Notes under the pieces: generated by a model
Told to the model about the DNA's origin: nothing
The model's database searches: none
The model's input: only the letters and a program-made list of their open reading frames with translations
From: Clostridiales bacterium
GTDB lineage: Bacteria; Bacillota; Clostridia; Saccharofermentanales; Saccharofermentanaceae
Direction of reading: 5' to 3'
Assembly (NCBI GenBank): GCA_017545245.1
Contig: JAFWPB010000060.1
Location: forward strand, 1,182-65,181
DNA length: 64,000 nucleotides
In this document: positions 1-8,260 of the stretch, one piece after another
Position numbering within the stretch: the stretch's first letter is position 1
Layout: each line of letters opens with the position of its first letter
Position numbers and translations under genes: made by a program

Positions 1-1
1 G

Positions 2-928
2 CCGATTCCAACGCATATTCCAACGGTTACGCCAACACCGAAGCCGTTACCGACAAAACTGCCAACGAATACACCGACTCCGACGAAGAAGCCGACCAAT
101 ACGCCGACTCCGACGAAGAAACCGACAAGTACAACAAAACCGACGCCTATTCCGACGGCTACACCTACTGTAAAACCAACGGTGGCGAAGAAGCCAACCA
201 ATACGCCAACTAGCAAGCCGACAAACACGCCGGTACCTACTAAGCGGCCGACAAATACGCCTACTAATACGCCGACGACTACGCCGACAAATACACCAAT
301 AACAAAGAAGGCGACTGTAACACCAACACCTGCACTTTCTGCACCGTATGCAGTAACAGCAAAAACTGAATCTGCAACTTCAGTAAGACTTAACTGGACT
401 TCTGCGTCCAATATCCAGTACATCCAGGTTTGGCGGGCAACTGTTCAAAATGCTTCGCAGAGCCAGTATTCTTTGATTGGTGTGTATAACGCATCTGATA
501 AGACATCTCTTTCAGAGAATCTCAAACCCAATCAGATGTATTATTACAAGCTGAGAGGTTATTCAAAACTTAGTAATGGAACTACTGTTTATTCAGGGTA
601 CAGTACTATCGTAAGTGCACGACCGATCGTACCTGTTCCGCAAAACCTGAGAGTTACAGATGTCACATCAGACACGGTTACTCTGAATTGGGACAAGGTA
701 AACGGAAGCAGTATTCTTTATGAAGTGTGGAGAATGCCATCCCGAACAGAAACCCCTGGTGTTTGTCTGGGACGATACACAGATGCTCAGAAAGTAAGCA
801 CAAACCTGAAATCAAATACCTGTTATTACTATCGAGTCCGTGCATACTATTATTACAAGGATGCAGATGGTACACCACATCGTATCTACGGAGATTATAG
901 TTCGATCGTGGGTGCAAGTACCATATAA
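2..928 (+). CDS. Cell-surface/secreted protein, C-terminal part (5' end lies outside the window): Pro/Thr-rich linker followed by two fibronectin type III-like modules
   Basis: Frame 2 is open from the first base (PIPTHIPTVTPTPKPLPT...PTNTPT repeats; near-tandem DNA units ccgactccgacgaagaa around 80-130). Two ~90-aa modules follow with FN3 hallmarks (VRLNWTS...YYYKLRGY; VTLNWDK...YYYRVRAY). The ORF-track start at 182 is a GTG inside this open frame. Confidence 0.6.
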   Translation, partial: PIPTHIPTVTPTPKPLPTKLPTNTPTPTKKPTNTPTPTKKPTSTTKPTPIPTATPTVKPTVAKKPTNTPTSKPTNTPVPTKRPTNTPTNTPTTTPTNTPITKKATVTPTPALSAPYAVTAKTESATSVRLNWTSASNIQYIQVWRATVQNASQSQYSLIGVYNASDKTSLSENLKPNQMYYYKLRGYSKLSNGTTVYSGYSTIVSARPIVPVPQNLRVTDVTSDTVTLNWDKVNGSSILYEVWRMPSRTETPGVCLGRYTDAQKVSTNLKSNTCYYYRVRAYYYYKDADGTPHRIYGDYSSIVGASTI

Positions 929-982
929 GATAGGTATTGCAATTTCGATAAGGTTGTTCTAAACTATGAAAACAATAAATAC

Positions 983-1222
983 TGTGATGAGGACATGTTT
1001 CAGTTTCATGTACCGCCAGAGAAGAAGAGTAACAGCTGAGAACTCTTCCCGGAGAACAGTTTCTGAAGTACCACCTCGGAGTAGCATCAGTGAAGGATTA
1101 AGTAATTGATTGCCGCTACCTACAAGCGTTACGAGAGGAAAAGAGTGGTCTGTCTACGAAAGACAGGCAATTAGGGTGGAACCGTGCAGCCATGCATCCC
1201 TTGTCGGATGCATGGCTTTTTG
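983..1222 (+). promoter_or_regulatory. T-box leader RNA, threonine specifier (ACC), controlling thrS by transcription attenuation
   Basis: K-turn halves tgatga (985-990) and agtga (1089-1093). AGAGA at 1018-1022 and distal-loop GCTGAGA at 1035-1041. Specifier loop gaagtACCAcc has ACC at 1070-1072, followed by a purine and the AGTA S-turn (1080-1083). T-box sequence AATTAGGGTGGAACCGTG is at 1169-1186. Terminator GCCATGCATCC/GGATGCATGGC (1189-1217) plus a T-run sits immediately 5' of thrS. Confidence 0.8.
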
Positions 1223-1262
1223 TTTACGGAAGAATTGAAAGGCCATAAGGAGGATTTGAAAA

Positions 1263-3041
1263 ATGGTTGATTTTACAAACAAAGAAGAAAAGAACATGTA
1301 TCGTCATAGTACTTCACATATTATGGCCCAGGCAATCAAGAGATTGTGGCCGGAGACCAAGCTTGCTATCGGTCCGGCTATTGAAGATGGCTTCTATTAC
1401 GATTTTGACCGCGACGAAGCTTTTTCCTCGGAAGACCTGAAAAAAATCGAGGAAGAGATGAAGAAAATCGTAAAGGAGAAGTACCCGATCGAGAGATTTG
1501 AACTTCCTCGTAAGGAAGCGCGTGAACTGATGGTGAAACTCGATGAACCATATAAAGTTGAGCTCATCGATGATCTTCCGGAAGATGCAGTTATTTCTTT
1601 CTATAAGCAGGGAGAGTTCACAGATCTTTGTGCTGGCCCTCATGTTGAGAACACAGGTGAGATCAAAGCATTCAAGCTTCTTTCCTGCGCTGGCGCGTAC
1701 TGGAGAGGATCCGAGAAGAATAAGATGCTTCAGCGTATCTACGGAACTTCATTCCCGGATAAAGAGCAGTTGAAAGCTTTTGTTGCAGCTCGTGAAGAAG
1801 CGCTGAAGCGCGATCATAACAAGCTTGGCCGTGAACTTGAGTATTTCACAACTGTAGACTACATCGGACAAGGTCTACCGATTCTTCTTCCGAAGGGTGC
1901 AAGAGTTGTTCAGCTTCTTCAGCGTTGGGTAGAAGATGTGGAGCAGAAGCAGGGCTGTCTTCTGACAAAGACACCATATTTTGCTAAGCGTGATCTGTAT
2001 AAGATCTCCGGTCACTGGGATCACTATCGTGATGGTATGTTCATCATGGGTGATGCGGAAGATGAGTCGAAAGAGTGCTTTGCACTTCGTCCGATGACAT
2101 GCCCGTTCCAGTATCAGGTATTCCTTAACAGACAGCGCAGCTATCGTGATCTTCCGATGCGCTTGACAGAGACATCGACACTGTTCAGAAATGAAGACAG
2201 TGGTGAGATGCATGGCCTGATTCGCGTACGTCAGTTTACGATTTCCGAGGGACATTACATCCTGCGTCCGGACCAGCTGGAACAGGAATTCGGCAACTGC
2301 CTTGAACTGGCGAAGTATTTCCTGGGTACGGTAGGACTTCTGGAAGACTGCACATTCCGTTTCTCCCAGTGGGATCCGGCCAACCCGAAGAATAAGTACG
2401 AGGGTACGAAGGAACAGTGGGAAGAAGCACAGGCAACCATGAAAAAGATCCTTGATGATCTGGGCCTTGACTATACGATTGGAATCGATGAAGCGGCCTT
2501 CTACGGTCCGAAGCTCGACATCCAGTATAAGAATGTATTCGGTAAGGAAGATACACTCGTTACCATCCAGATCGATATGCTCCTTGCTGCTAAGTTCGGA
2601 ATGGAATACATCGATAAGGACGGACAGAAGAAGAATCCGTACATCATTCACAGAACCAGCCTTGGATGCTTCGAGAGAACATTGGCTTACCTCATCGAGA
2701 AGTATGCCGGCTGCCTGCCGCTCTGGATGGCTCCGGAACAGGTACGTATCCTTCCTATCGCAGATGCACATCTTGATCGTGCTTTCGAGATCCGTGACGC
2801 ACTTCGTGCAAAGGGTATTCGTGCTGAGGTGGATGACCGTTCTGAAAAACTCGGTAAGAAGATTCGAGAGGCCAACCTGGAAAAGATCATCTACATGTTC
2901 ACTGTTGGTGATAAAGAAGTGGAAGAAGGAACTGTTTCTGTCCGTTCCCGTTTCGATGGTGATCTTGGCTCGATGAGTCTTGATGAAATCACCAATAAGC
3001 TTCTTGATGAAATCGAGACAAAAAAAGCAGTGAAGTGCTGA
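1263..3041 (+). CDS. thrS: Threonine--tRNA ligase (short form, starts at the editing domain, no N-terminal TGS domain)
   Basis: 592 aa. HSTSHIMAQAIKRLWP editing-site motif at residues ~15-30. Class II core motifs (RPMTCPFQ, FRNEDSGEMHGLIRVRQFT) and a C-terminal anticodon-binding region. RBS AAGGAGGA at 1247-1254. Preceded by a Thr T-box. Confidence 0.95.
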   Translation: MVDFTNKEEKNMYRHSTSHIMAQAIKRLWPETKLAIGPAIEDGFYYDFDRDEAFSSEDLKKIEEEMKKIVKEKYPIERFELPRKEARELMVKLDEPYKVELIDDLPEDAVISFYKQGEFTDLCAGPHVENTGEIKAFKLLSCAGAYWRGSEKNKMLQRIYGTSFPDKEQLKAFVAAREEALKRDHNKLGRELEYFTTVDYIGQGLPILLPKGARVVQLLQRWVEDVEQKQGCLLTKTPYFAKRDLYKISGHWDHYRDGMFIMGDAEDESKECFALRPMTCPFQYQVFLNRQRSYRDLPMRLTETSTLFRNEDSGEMHGLIRVRQFTISEGHYILRPDQLEQEFGNCLELAKYFLGTVGLLEDCTFRFSQWDPANPKNKYEGTKEQWEEAQATMKKILDDLGLDYTIGIDEAAFYGPKLDIQYKNVFGKEDTLVTIQIDMLLAAKFGMEYIDKDGQKKNPYIIHRTSLGCFERTLAYLIEKYAGCLPLWMAPEQVRILPIADAHLDRAFEIRDALRAKGIRAEVDDRSEKLGKKIREANLEKIIYMFTVGDKEVEEGTVSVRSRFDGDLGSMSLDEITNKLLDEIETKKAVKC

Positions 3042-3066
3042 TCAGTAAGATTTGAACTGGAAATGA

Positions 3067-3106
3067 AAGAGGTTGAAGTGAAAGAAACTTCAACCTCTTA
3101 TTTTTT
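3067..3106 (+). terminator. Intrinsic terminator of thrS
   Basis: 13-bp perfect stem AAGAGGTTGAAGT (3067-3079) / ACTTCAACCTCTT (3087-3099), 7-nt loop, then ATTTTTT. Confidence 0.85.
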
Positions 3107-3194
3107 GCCCGGATGATTATTTCCACACATAATCTTCACATTGGAGAAGTATGATGGCGTCAACGTAAGGAAAGAAAAGGAGACGCGATTAGAT

Positions 3195-3632
3195 ATGAAA
3201 AGCCGTAAAATCTACATACTTTATGTGCTGCAGTGCTTTTTCATCGGGATACTGGTACTGGTGCTGCTGGGGTATAAGATGCAGGCGGAGAGAAAAGGTT
3301 TTTTGGACAATGAGATGTTCAGTGAAAACGTGCATGGACTTCAAATGTCGAGTGGGGAACTGCAGGAAACAGTGGATTTCCGTTTACCGCAGATTTCGGA
3401 TCAGGCGTATATGCTTTACCGATACCTTTCATTTGGGGCAAACGAGTGTGTGCGCGGGGTGTATGGAACGCAGGATGTGTTCGGGTTTTCGAAGTATCTT
3501 TCTTCGGGAAGGTTCTTTTCGAAAAAGGATCACGATGAAGCGAAACCTGTGGCGGTGCTTGGTTCCCGGGCCTATTCGAACGTGGTCGTACGGGATGGAA
3601 AAGGAATGCGGTTTGAGATGACGATATTGTAA
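3195..3632 (+). pseudogene. N-terminal fragment (~145 aa) of an FtsX/MacB-type ABC permease-like membrane protein; appears truncated
   Basis: MKSRKIYILYVLQCFFIGILVLVLLGY signal-anchor helix, then an extracytoplasmic segment ending in GRFFSKKDHDEAKPVAVLGSRAYSN. That pattern is typical of the start of MacB-type periplasmic core domains. No further TM helices or FtsX domain follow; the stop lies 78 nt before tRNA-Pro. Confidence 0.35.
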
Positions 3633-3709
3633 GTGGATACAACTAAGAAAAATCAAATTTGTTGTTGACATATAATGGTTTTAGAAGTATGATTTAGAGG
3701 TTCACTTTT

Positions 3710-3785
3710 CGGGGTGTGGCTCAGGTGGTAGAGTGCTTGCTTCGGGAGCAAGAGGCCGCGAGTTCGAGTCTCGCCACTCCGACCA
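3710..3785 (+). tRNA. tRNA-Pro (anticodon CGG)
   Basis: Hand-folded cloverleaf. Acceptor CGGGGTG/CACTCCG, D-arm GCTC..GAGT, anticodon stem CTTGC/GCAAG with loop TTCGGGA (CGG), T-arm GCGAG-TTCGAGT-CTCGC, discriminator A, encoded CCA. Confidence 0.9.
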
Positions 3786-3786
3786 G

Positions 3787-3815
3787 GACCGTCTCATTAT
3801 GAGACGGTCTTTTTT
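3787..3815 (+). terminator. Intrinsic terminator after tRNA-Pro
   Basis: GACCGTCTC (3787-3795) / GAGACGGTC (3801-3809), 5-nt loop, followed by T6. Confidence 0.85.
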
Positions 3816-3970
3816 AATTTCTGAAAGATGGTATTGATGTGCAGAAATATCGCTTTTTTGTCCTTGTTGTCCAAAATATGTTCATAATTGTTCACAATCT
3901 TATTTACAACGTGTGAACGAAGTGTTAACATTGTTGGTGTTGGGAATGAAAAAACGGGAAAGGGTCATAC

Positions 3971-4459
3971 ATGAAGTCATCTTATAAGCTAAGTGCATTA
4001 ATGTTGATATTTATCGTGCTGGTTATGATCGTTGGCGGGATCATTCAAGATCGTCGTGCCGAAAAGAAACGTGTGGTTGAGAGTGCGACCAAGACTATCA
4101 TCGCAGCAGGTTGTAAAGAAGTCGATGATGATTTCGAACCGGATTCTTTGTACCAGAAAGTTGACGCATCTTCCATCGATGAAAATATTATCAATAAAAT
4201 TTCTGAGTCCATTAAGAATAAGAGCACTTCAGGTGGATATGACGGATCGGATCTGTTTATGGTAGTTTCTTCTTTGACAAAGGAGACCTGTTTCCGCATT
4301 TTGGAAACGACAGTAGATGGTGACGAAGCTACGGTGAAAGTTGAGTTCTTTTTCGGAAGCACAAGTCAAATTGTCGACATGAAATTCTTCAACGAGAATG
4401 ATCAATGGGTTCTTGAGAATGATGCGGGTACTCTTCTTTCCGAATTCTCCATTAAATAA
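3971..4459 (+). CDS. Membrane-anchored hypothetical protein with C-terminal NTF2/DUF4878-like module
   Basis: 162 aa. N-terminal TM helix LSALMLIFIVLVMIVGGII. C-terminal pattern ILETTVDGDEATVKVEFFFGSTSQIVDMKFFNENDQWVLEND is typical of small DUF4878-like lipoprotein/anchor domains. The family assignment is from memory only. Confidence 0.45.
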   Translation: MKSSYKLSALMLIFIVLVMIVGGIIQDRRAEKKRVVESATKTIIAAGCKEVDDDFEPDSLYQKVDASSIDENIINKISESIKNKSTSGGYDGSDLFMVVSSLTKETCFRILETTVDGDEATVKVEFFFGSTSQIVDMKFFNENDQWVLENDAGTLLSEFSIK

Positions 4460-4574
4460 TCGTTTTTACTGATTGTGCGACCGATTCAGGTTTGCTCATA
4501 AATATTTGCTATTCTTCAAACATATTGTATTATATTATCGACGGTTATTTTAACAAGGCTGGAGGATAATATAT

Positions 4575-5120
4575 ATGTTGGGGAATATAAAGAAATCTTA
4601 CCTGGTCGCGGTAATCGTTCTTTTTGTTTTTCTTCTGGTATTTGTTGTATTTCATCTGTTTTCCGAATATGGACCTTCCAGTGATAAGGCGATGATGCGC
4701 GGATGTGTTGAATACATTATGGAAGAGTATGGTTCGCTGAACAAAGGATCAGAGGCCTGGTCAGACTATCGTGGCAAGGAAGCGGATCTGTCTCTTGGAA
4801 ATTGGTCTGCAGTAAAGCTGTGCAATTATTTCCAAAAGGGTGATTATGAAGAAGAAAAAGAAGCCAGAAAACATGTCTTGGCTGGAACAACGTATGAGAT
4901 CGATAGTTGCGAGATCTACGACAAAACGGCTATTGTTACGGTAAAAATCAATACGGCCCAATATGGAGTTCAGATTGCGAAAATCTATTTTGAGAAGCAA
5001 GGCGGAGATTGGGCAGTTCAGGCGGATTCAGTCTATGTTGCTTTGATGGCCGGCAATGGCGTAGGTGGAACTGGTAACGTAATCAGTGATATCTATGACA
5101 AGCTTGCTTCAGATTTTTGA
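4575..5120 (+). CDS. Membrane-anchored hypothetical protein, distant paralogue of the preceding gene (NTF2/DUF4878-like)
   Basis: 181 aa. GGAGG RBS. TM helix YLVAVIVLFVFLLVFVVFHLF. C-terminal YEIDSCEIYDKTAIVTVKINTAQYGVQIAKIYFEKQGGDWAVQ has the same pattern as 3971-4459. Confidence 0.45.
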   Translation: MLGNIKKSYLVAVIVLFVFLLVFVVFHLFSEYGPSSDKAMMRGCVEYIMEEYGSLNKGSEAWSDYRGKEADLSLGNWSAVKLCNYFQKGDYEEEKEARKHVLAGTTYEIDSCEIYDKTAIVTVKINTAQYGVQIAKIYFEKQGGDWAVQADSVYVALMAGNGVGGTGNVISDIYDKLASDF

Positions 5121-5145
5121 AAAGGACCAGGGTTCCTTGTTCTTA

Positions 5146-5164
5146 CGAAATCGATTTCGAAAAA
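5146..5164. promoter_or_regulatory. cre-like palindromic operator candidate (CGAAATCGATTTCG + AAAAA) upstream of the xylanase gene
   Basis: The 14-bp perfect palindrome CGAAATCGATTTCG matches the CcpA cre pattern TGAAANCGNTTTCA at 12/14 positions. An identical 19-mer recurs at 48632-48650. Confidence 0.45.
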
Positions 5165-5251
5165 ACGATTGAAGTTGTTCGTTCTTTCCGTTAATATAAA
5201 AAAGAACAAAATATATGGGTCGAAAGGCTCATAAAAATGGAGGAACGAAAA

Positions 5252-7429
5252 ATGAAGAAACAAAAGATTGCTTCTGTTATTCTGACTTTCGCGATGCTCT
5301 CTTCGATGGCATTGAGCGGATGTAAGTCAGAAGGTTCGACGTCGATCTCTCTTCAGGGCTACCAGCCGCCGAAAGTTTCCACATCGGCTACAGAACCTGA
5401 GAATCAGTTCGAACCAGAAAGACCAACAGTTGCGGATGGCGTGCCATGCGTTATGGAGGAATTCGCCGAGGAGTCTGACAAGTATCAGGCAAGAGGCGAT
5501 GTTACCCTGACGATCGAACAAGTTAAGAACGCTAATGGCAATGCCGTTCGTTGCACTAACAGAACTGACAACTGGAATGGTATCAATTTCCCGATCGACT
5601 TTTTCGTAGGAAATAACATTGCTATCCAGACACGTTGCCGTTGTTCTGGTGGTACAGTAAGAATTTCCTTGCAGTTCGACAACATGGGTAACACAACTTA
5701 CTCTAACTTGATGGACATCAAGGATTGCTCTGCTGATTTTGTTGAGACGAAGGTTACCTGCTCTGTACCAGAGGGTGTCGAGAATGTATTTGTATATCTT
5801 GAGGGAGTCGACACTTCTGATATTATCTGTGACTACATGTACGTTACCTGCGATGGTGAATATAAGGATCCTAGTAAGGTTGAAAAGGCAGAAATTGCTG
5901 ATACATCCAACTATGAGTCTCTGAAAGAACTCTACAAAGATGATTTCCTTCTTGGTTGCTGCGTACCGAGAAACATGATCGAAGTAGAAGAGTCCGAGCC
6001 GTATAGAAAGCTTCTGCTTGCTCAGTTCAGTTCTTTTACATGTGAGAACGAGATGAAGCCGGATAGCATTCTTGATGGTGAAACTACACTGGCTGACCCG
6101 GCTAAGTATAATGAAGCACCGGCTGTGCATTTTGATGCTTGTAAAGCAACCATGGATTATGCACAGGCAAATGGCATTAAGATGCGTTTCCATACTTTGG
6201 TATGGCATAGCCAGACACCAGACTGGTTCTTCTATGAGAACTATGATGTAAACGGAAAACTTGCAAGCAGAGAGCTTATGCTGAAGCGTCTTGAAAACTA
6301 CATCAAAGCAGTATTTGAGTACATCAATACGAATTATCCGGATCTCTTCTATGCATGCGATGTTGCCAACGAGTGCGTTGACGATTCCTACAACATGCGT
6401 AAGAGCCACTGGACTGAGACGATCGGTGATGATTTCCTCAATTATGCTTTCGAGTATGCAAGAAAGTATGCCGGAAAGAACATCAAACTCTTCTACAATG
6501 ACTACAACGAGTATGTTGCCAAGAAGAGAGATAAGATCATCGAAGTCCTGAAGCCAATCGCTGAAGCTGGAAACATTGATGGTATGGGTCTGCAGTCCCA
6601 CATCTCCAACCCTGTATCTATGGAAGACTACATCGGTTCTTTGAAGAAATATGCCGATGAACTTAAGGTTACTATCCACGTTACTGAGCTCGATGTAAAC
6701 GCACAGAAGGCTTCCGGTAACCCGGACTATGATCAGGGTGTTTATTACCAGACACTGTTTACAGAACTCCTGAAGGCTAAGGCTGAAGGTTATGATATTG
6801 AAAGCGTTACCATCTGGGGTCTCACAGATCTCGGATCCTGGCGTTCCGCTCAGACTCCGGTTCTCTTCACAGGTAACCTCGAAGCAAAACTTGCTTTCCA
6901 GGGCGTCGTAAATGCGAAGAAGGGCGGAGAAATCGAAAAGCCGGCTGATTACGTTGAGCCGCCGAAGGAAGGCGATCCTTTCGACGATAATTACGAGAAT
7001 GATAAGTTCGCAGGTTCTGCAAGAGCTGCAGTCAACCTAAAGGTCGTTTCTGAAGGTGCTTATGAAGGCGAGAAGTGCCTCGCAGTTACCGGTGCTTCTG
7101 AGACATGGGATGGTTACACAGTTGACCTTTCCCGTTTCATGGGCAAGAAGATCAAGTTCTCCTTTGCAGTTAAGTCTACTGCTGCAAAGACAAGCTTCAG
7201 TGCAGATATTGCAGACCTGTGGCCTCATATCGTTGAAGTAGATACAAGTTCCGGTGAGTGGGTACCGGTCGAGGGCGTACTCGATATGACTTCGAACAAG
7301 TGGGTATTGCCATCTGGTGATACAGTTGAGGTTCCTGCTGATATGAGTAATCTTGTTCTGTACTTCGAGACATTCGATTGCACAGATGATTTCTACGTAG
7401 ATGCATTCCACATCGAACTTGCTAGCTGA
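5252..7429 (+). CDS. Lipoprotein endo-1,4-beta-xylanase, GH10 catalytic domain flanked by CBM22/CBM_4_9-like modules
   Basis: RBS GGAGGA at 5239-5244 favours ATG 5252 over the ORF-track 5237. Signal peptide has lipobox LSGC. GH10 motifs: GIKMRFHTLVWHSQTP, CDVANECV (acid/base Glu), IHVTELDV (nucleophile Glu), TIWGLTD. N- and C-terminal beta-sandwich CBM-like regions. Confidence 0.9.
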   Translation: MKKQKIASVILTFAMLSSMALSGCKSEGSTSISLQGYQPPKVSTSATEPENQFEPERPTVADGVPCVMEEFAEESDKYQARGDVTLTIEQVKNANGNAVRCTNRTDNWNGINFPIDFFVGNNIAIQTRCRCSGGTVRISLQFDNMGNTTYSNLMDIKDCSADFVETKVTCSVPEGVENVFVYLEGVDTSDIICDYMYVTCDGEYKDPSKVEKAEIADTSNYESLKELYKDDFLLGCCVPRNMIEVEESEPYRKLLLAQFSSFTCENEMKPDSILDGETTLADPAKYNEAPAVHFDACKATMDYAQANGIKMRFHTLVWHSQTPDWFFYENYDVNGKLASRELMLKRLENYIKAVFEYINTNYPDLFYACDVANECVDDSYNMRKSHWTETIGDDFLNYAFEYARKYAGKNIKLFYNDYNEYVAKKRDKIIEVLKPIAEAGNIDGMGLQSHISNPVSMEDYIGSLKKYADELKVTIHVTELDVNAQKASGNPDYDQGVYYQTLFTELLKAKAEGYDIESVTIWGLTDLGSWRSAQTPVLFTGNLEAKLAFQGVVNAKKGGEIEKPADYVEPPKEGDPFDDNYENDKFAGSARAAVNLKVVSEGAYEGEKCLAVTGASETWDGYTVDLSRFMGKKIKFSFAVKSTAAKTSFSADIADLWPHIVEVDTSSGEWVPVEGVLDMTSNKWVLPSGDTVEVPADMSNLVLYFETFDCTDDFYVDAFHIELAS

Positions 7430-7452
7430 TCATTATAACGATTAGTACTATG

Positions 7453-7487
7453 AGAAGCCGTGTTTTCAAGCACGGCTTCTTTTTTTA
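7453..7487 (+). terminator. Intrinsic terminator of the xylanase gene
   Basis: AGAAGCCGTG (7453-7462) / CACGGCTTCT (7471-7480), followed by T7. Confidence 0.9.
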
Positions 7488-7560
7488 TGTTGTTTTACGT
7501 ATGCTATAATTGATGCGTTAATAGAAAACTGTGGATGAGTATTTACAGAGGGTGAAATGA

Positions 7561-8070
7561 ATGAGTATATGTGCAATCGTAGCTGTAGATGAAAACTGGG
7601 CGATCGGAAACAAGGGGGAACTGCTTGTGAGTCTCCCTGAAGACCAGAAGCAGAACTTTAAAGTGAAAACTTTAGGCCATCCGGTCGTATACGGACGCAA
7701 GACACTGGAAACATTCCCGAAGAAGATGCTTCTTCCTGGAAGAGAGAATATCATTCTATCCAGAAATAAAGACTTTGCAGTTGATGGAGCAACTATCCTT
7801 CATTCTGTGGATGAAGTTTTGGATTATACGAAGAAACGGGAGGAGGAAGTCTTTTTTATTATTGGCGGGGCGCAGATCTATGATCAGTTTTTGCCGTATT
7901 GCGATACTTGTATTGTTACCAAGGTAAAGAAGACTTTTGAAGCCGATGCATTTTTCCCCAATCTTGATAATATCAAAGAGTGGAAGTTATACAGCCGCGA
8001 GGCGATCATTCACTCGGTGAAGGGTGTAAGCTTTGAAATATGGACCTATAGAAGATGCGCGGAAAACTGA
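7561..8070 (+). CDS. folA: Dihydrofolate reductase
   Basis: 169 aa. IVAVDENWAIGNKGELLVSLPEDQKQNFKVKTLGHPVVYGRKTLETFP and IIGGAQIYDQFLPYCD match DHFR signature regions. Confidence 0.9.
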   Translation: MSICAIVAVDENWAIGNKGELLVSLPEDQKQNFKVKTLGHPVVYGRKTLETFPKKMLLPGRENIILSRNKDFAVDGATILHSVDEVLDYTKKREEEVFFIIGGAQIYDQFLPYCDTCIVTKVKKTFEADAFFPNLDNIKEWKLYSREAIIHSVKGVSFEIWTYRRCAEN

Positions 8071-8154
8071 TGGTGTGAAAGTTGCACAAATTGGGATTGT
8101 GCAACGTGCATAACAAATAACTGTTTTGTATGTGCAACCTCTACAATCATGTCG

Positions 8155-8183
8155 TTGACTCCCAGAATCTGTTTTACTATAAT
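8155..8183 (+). promoter_or_regulatory. Sigma-A-type promoter for the 8261 ORF
   Basis: TTGACT (8155-8160), 17-nt spacer, TATAAT (8178-8183). Confidence 0.6.
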
Positions 8184-8260
8184 GAACTTGCAAAGACAGG
8201 AAAGCTTTGCAAAGGAAAAAAGGAAAAAGAAACTCATTTAGATTTAAGGAGGTAGTCACC

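Noticed and set aside
1-320. Short tandem DNA repeats at the window start, considered as a CRISPR-like or satellite repeat
   Set aside because: The repeats are in-frame Pro/Thr codon units of an open reading frame that continues into FN3 domains. There is no spacer/repeat regularity.
5327-6679. 450-aa reverse-strand ORF covering most of the xylanase gene
   Set aside because: It lies antisense to a gene with unambiguous GH10 motifs. It has no RBS, and its translation is low-complexity with no recognisable motif. It is a typical shadow ORF.
3633-7429. Genomic island integrated at tRNA-Pro (and similarly at tRNA-Lys, 47091-47166)
   Set aside because: There is no integrase, recombinase, phage or transposon gene. 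I could not spot a direct repeat of either tRNA 3' end downstream. Only the truncated permease fragment hints at a past rearrangement.
7561-8070. DHFR as a mobile trimethoprim-resistance (dfr) cassette
   Set aside because: There are no integron, attC, transposase or IS features around it. The sequence shows the ordinary chromosomal DHFR motifs, and nothing indicates a resistance allele.
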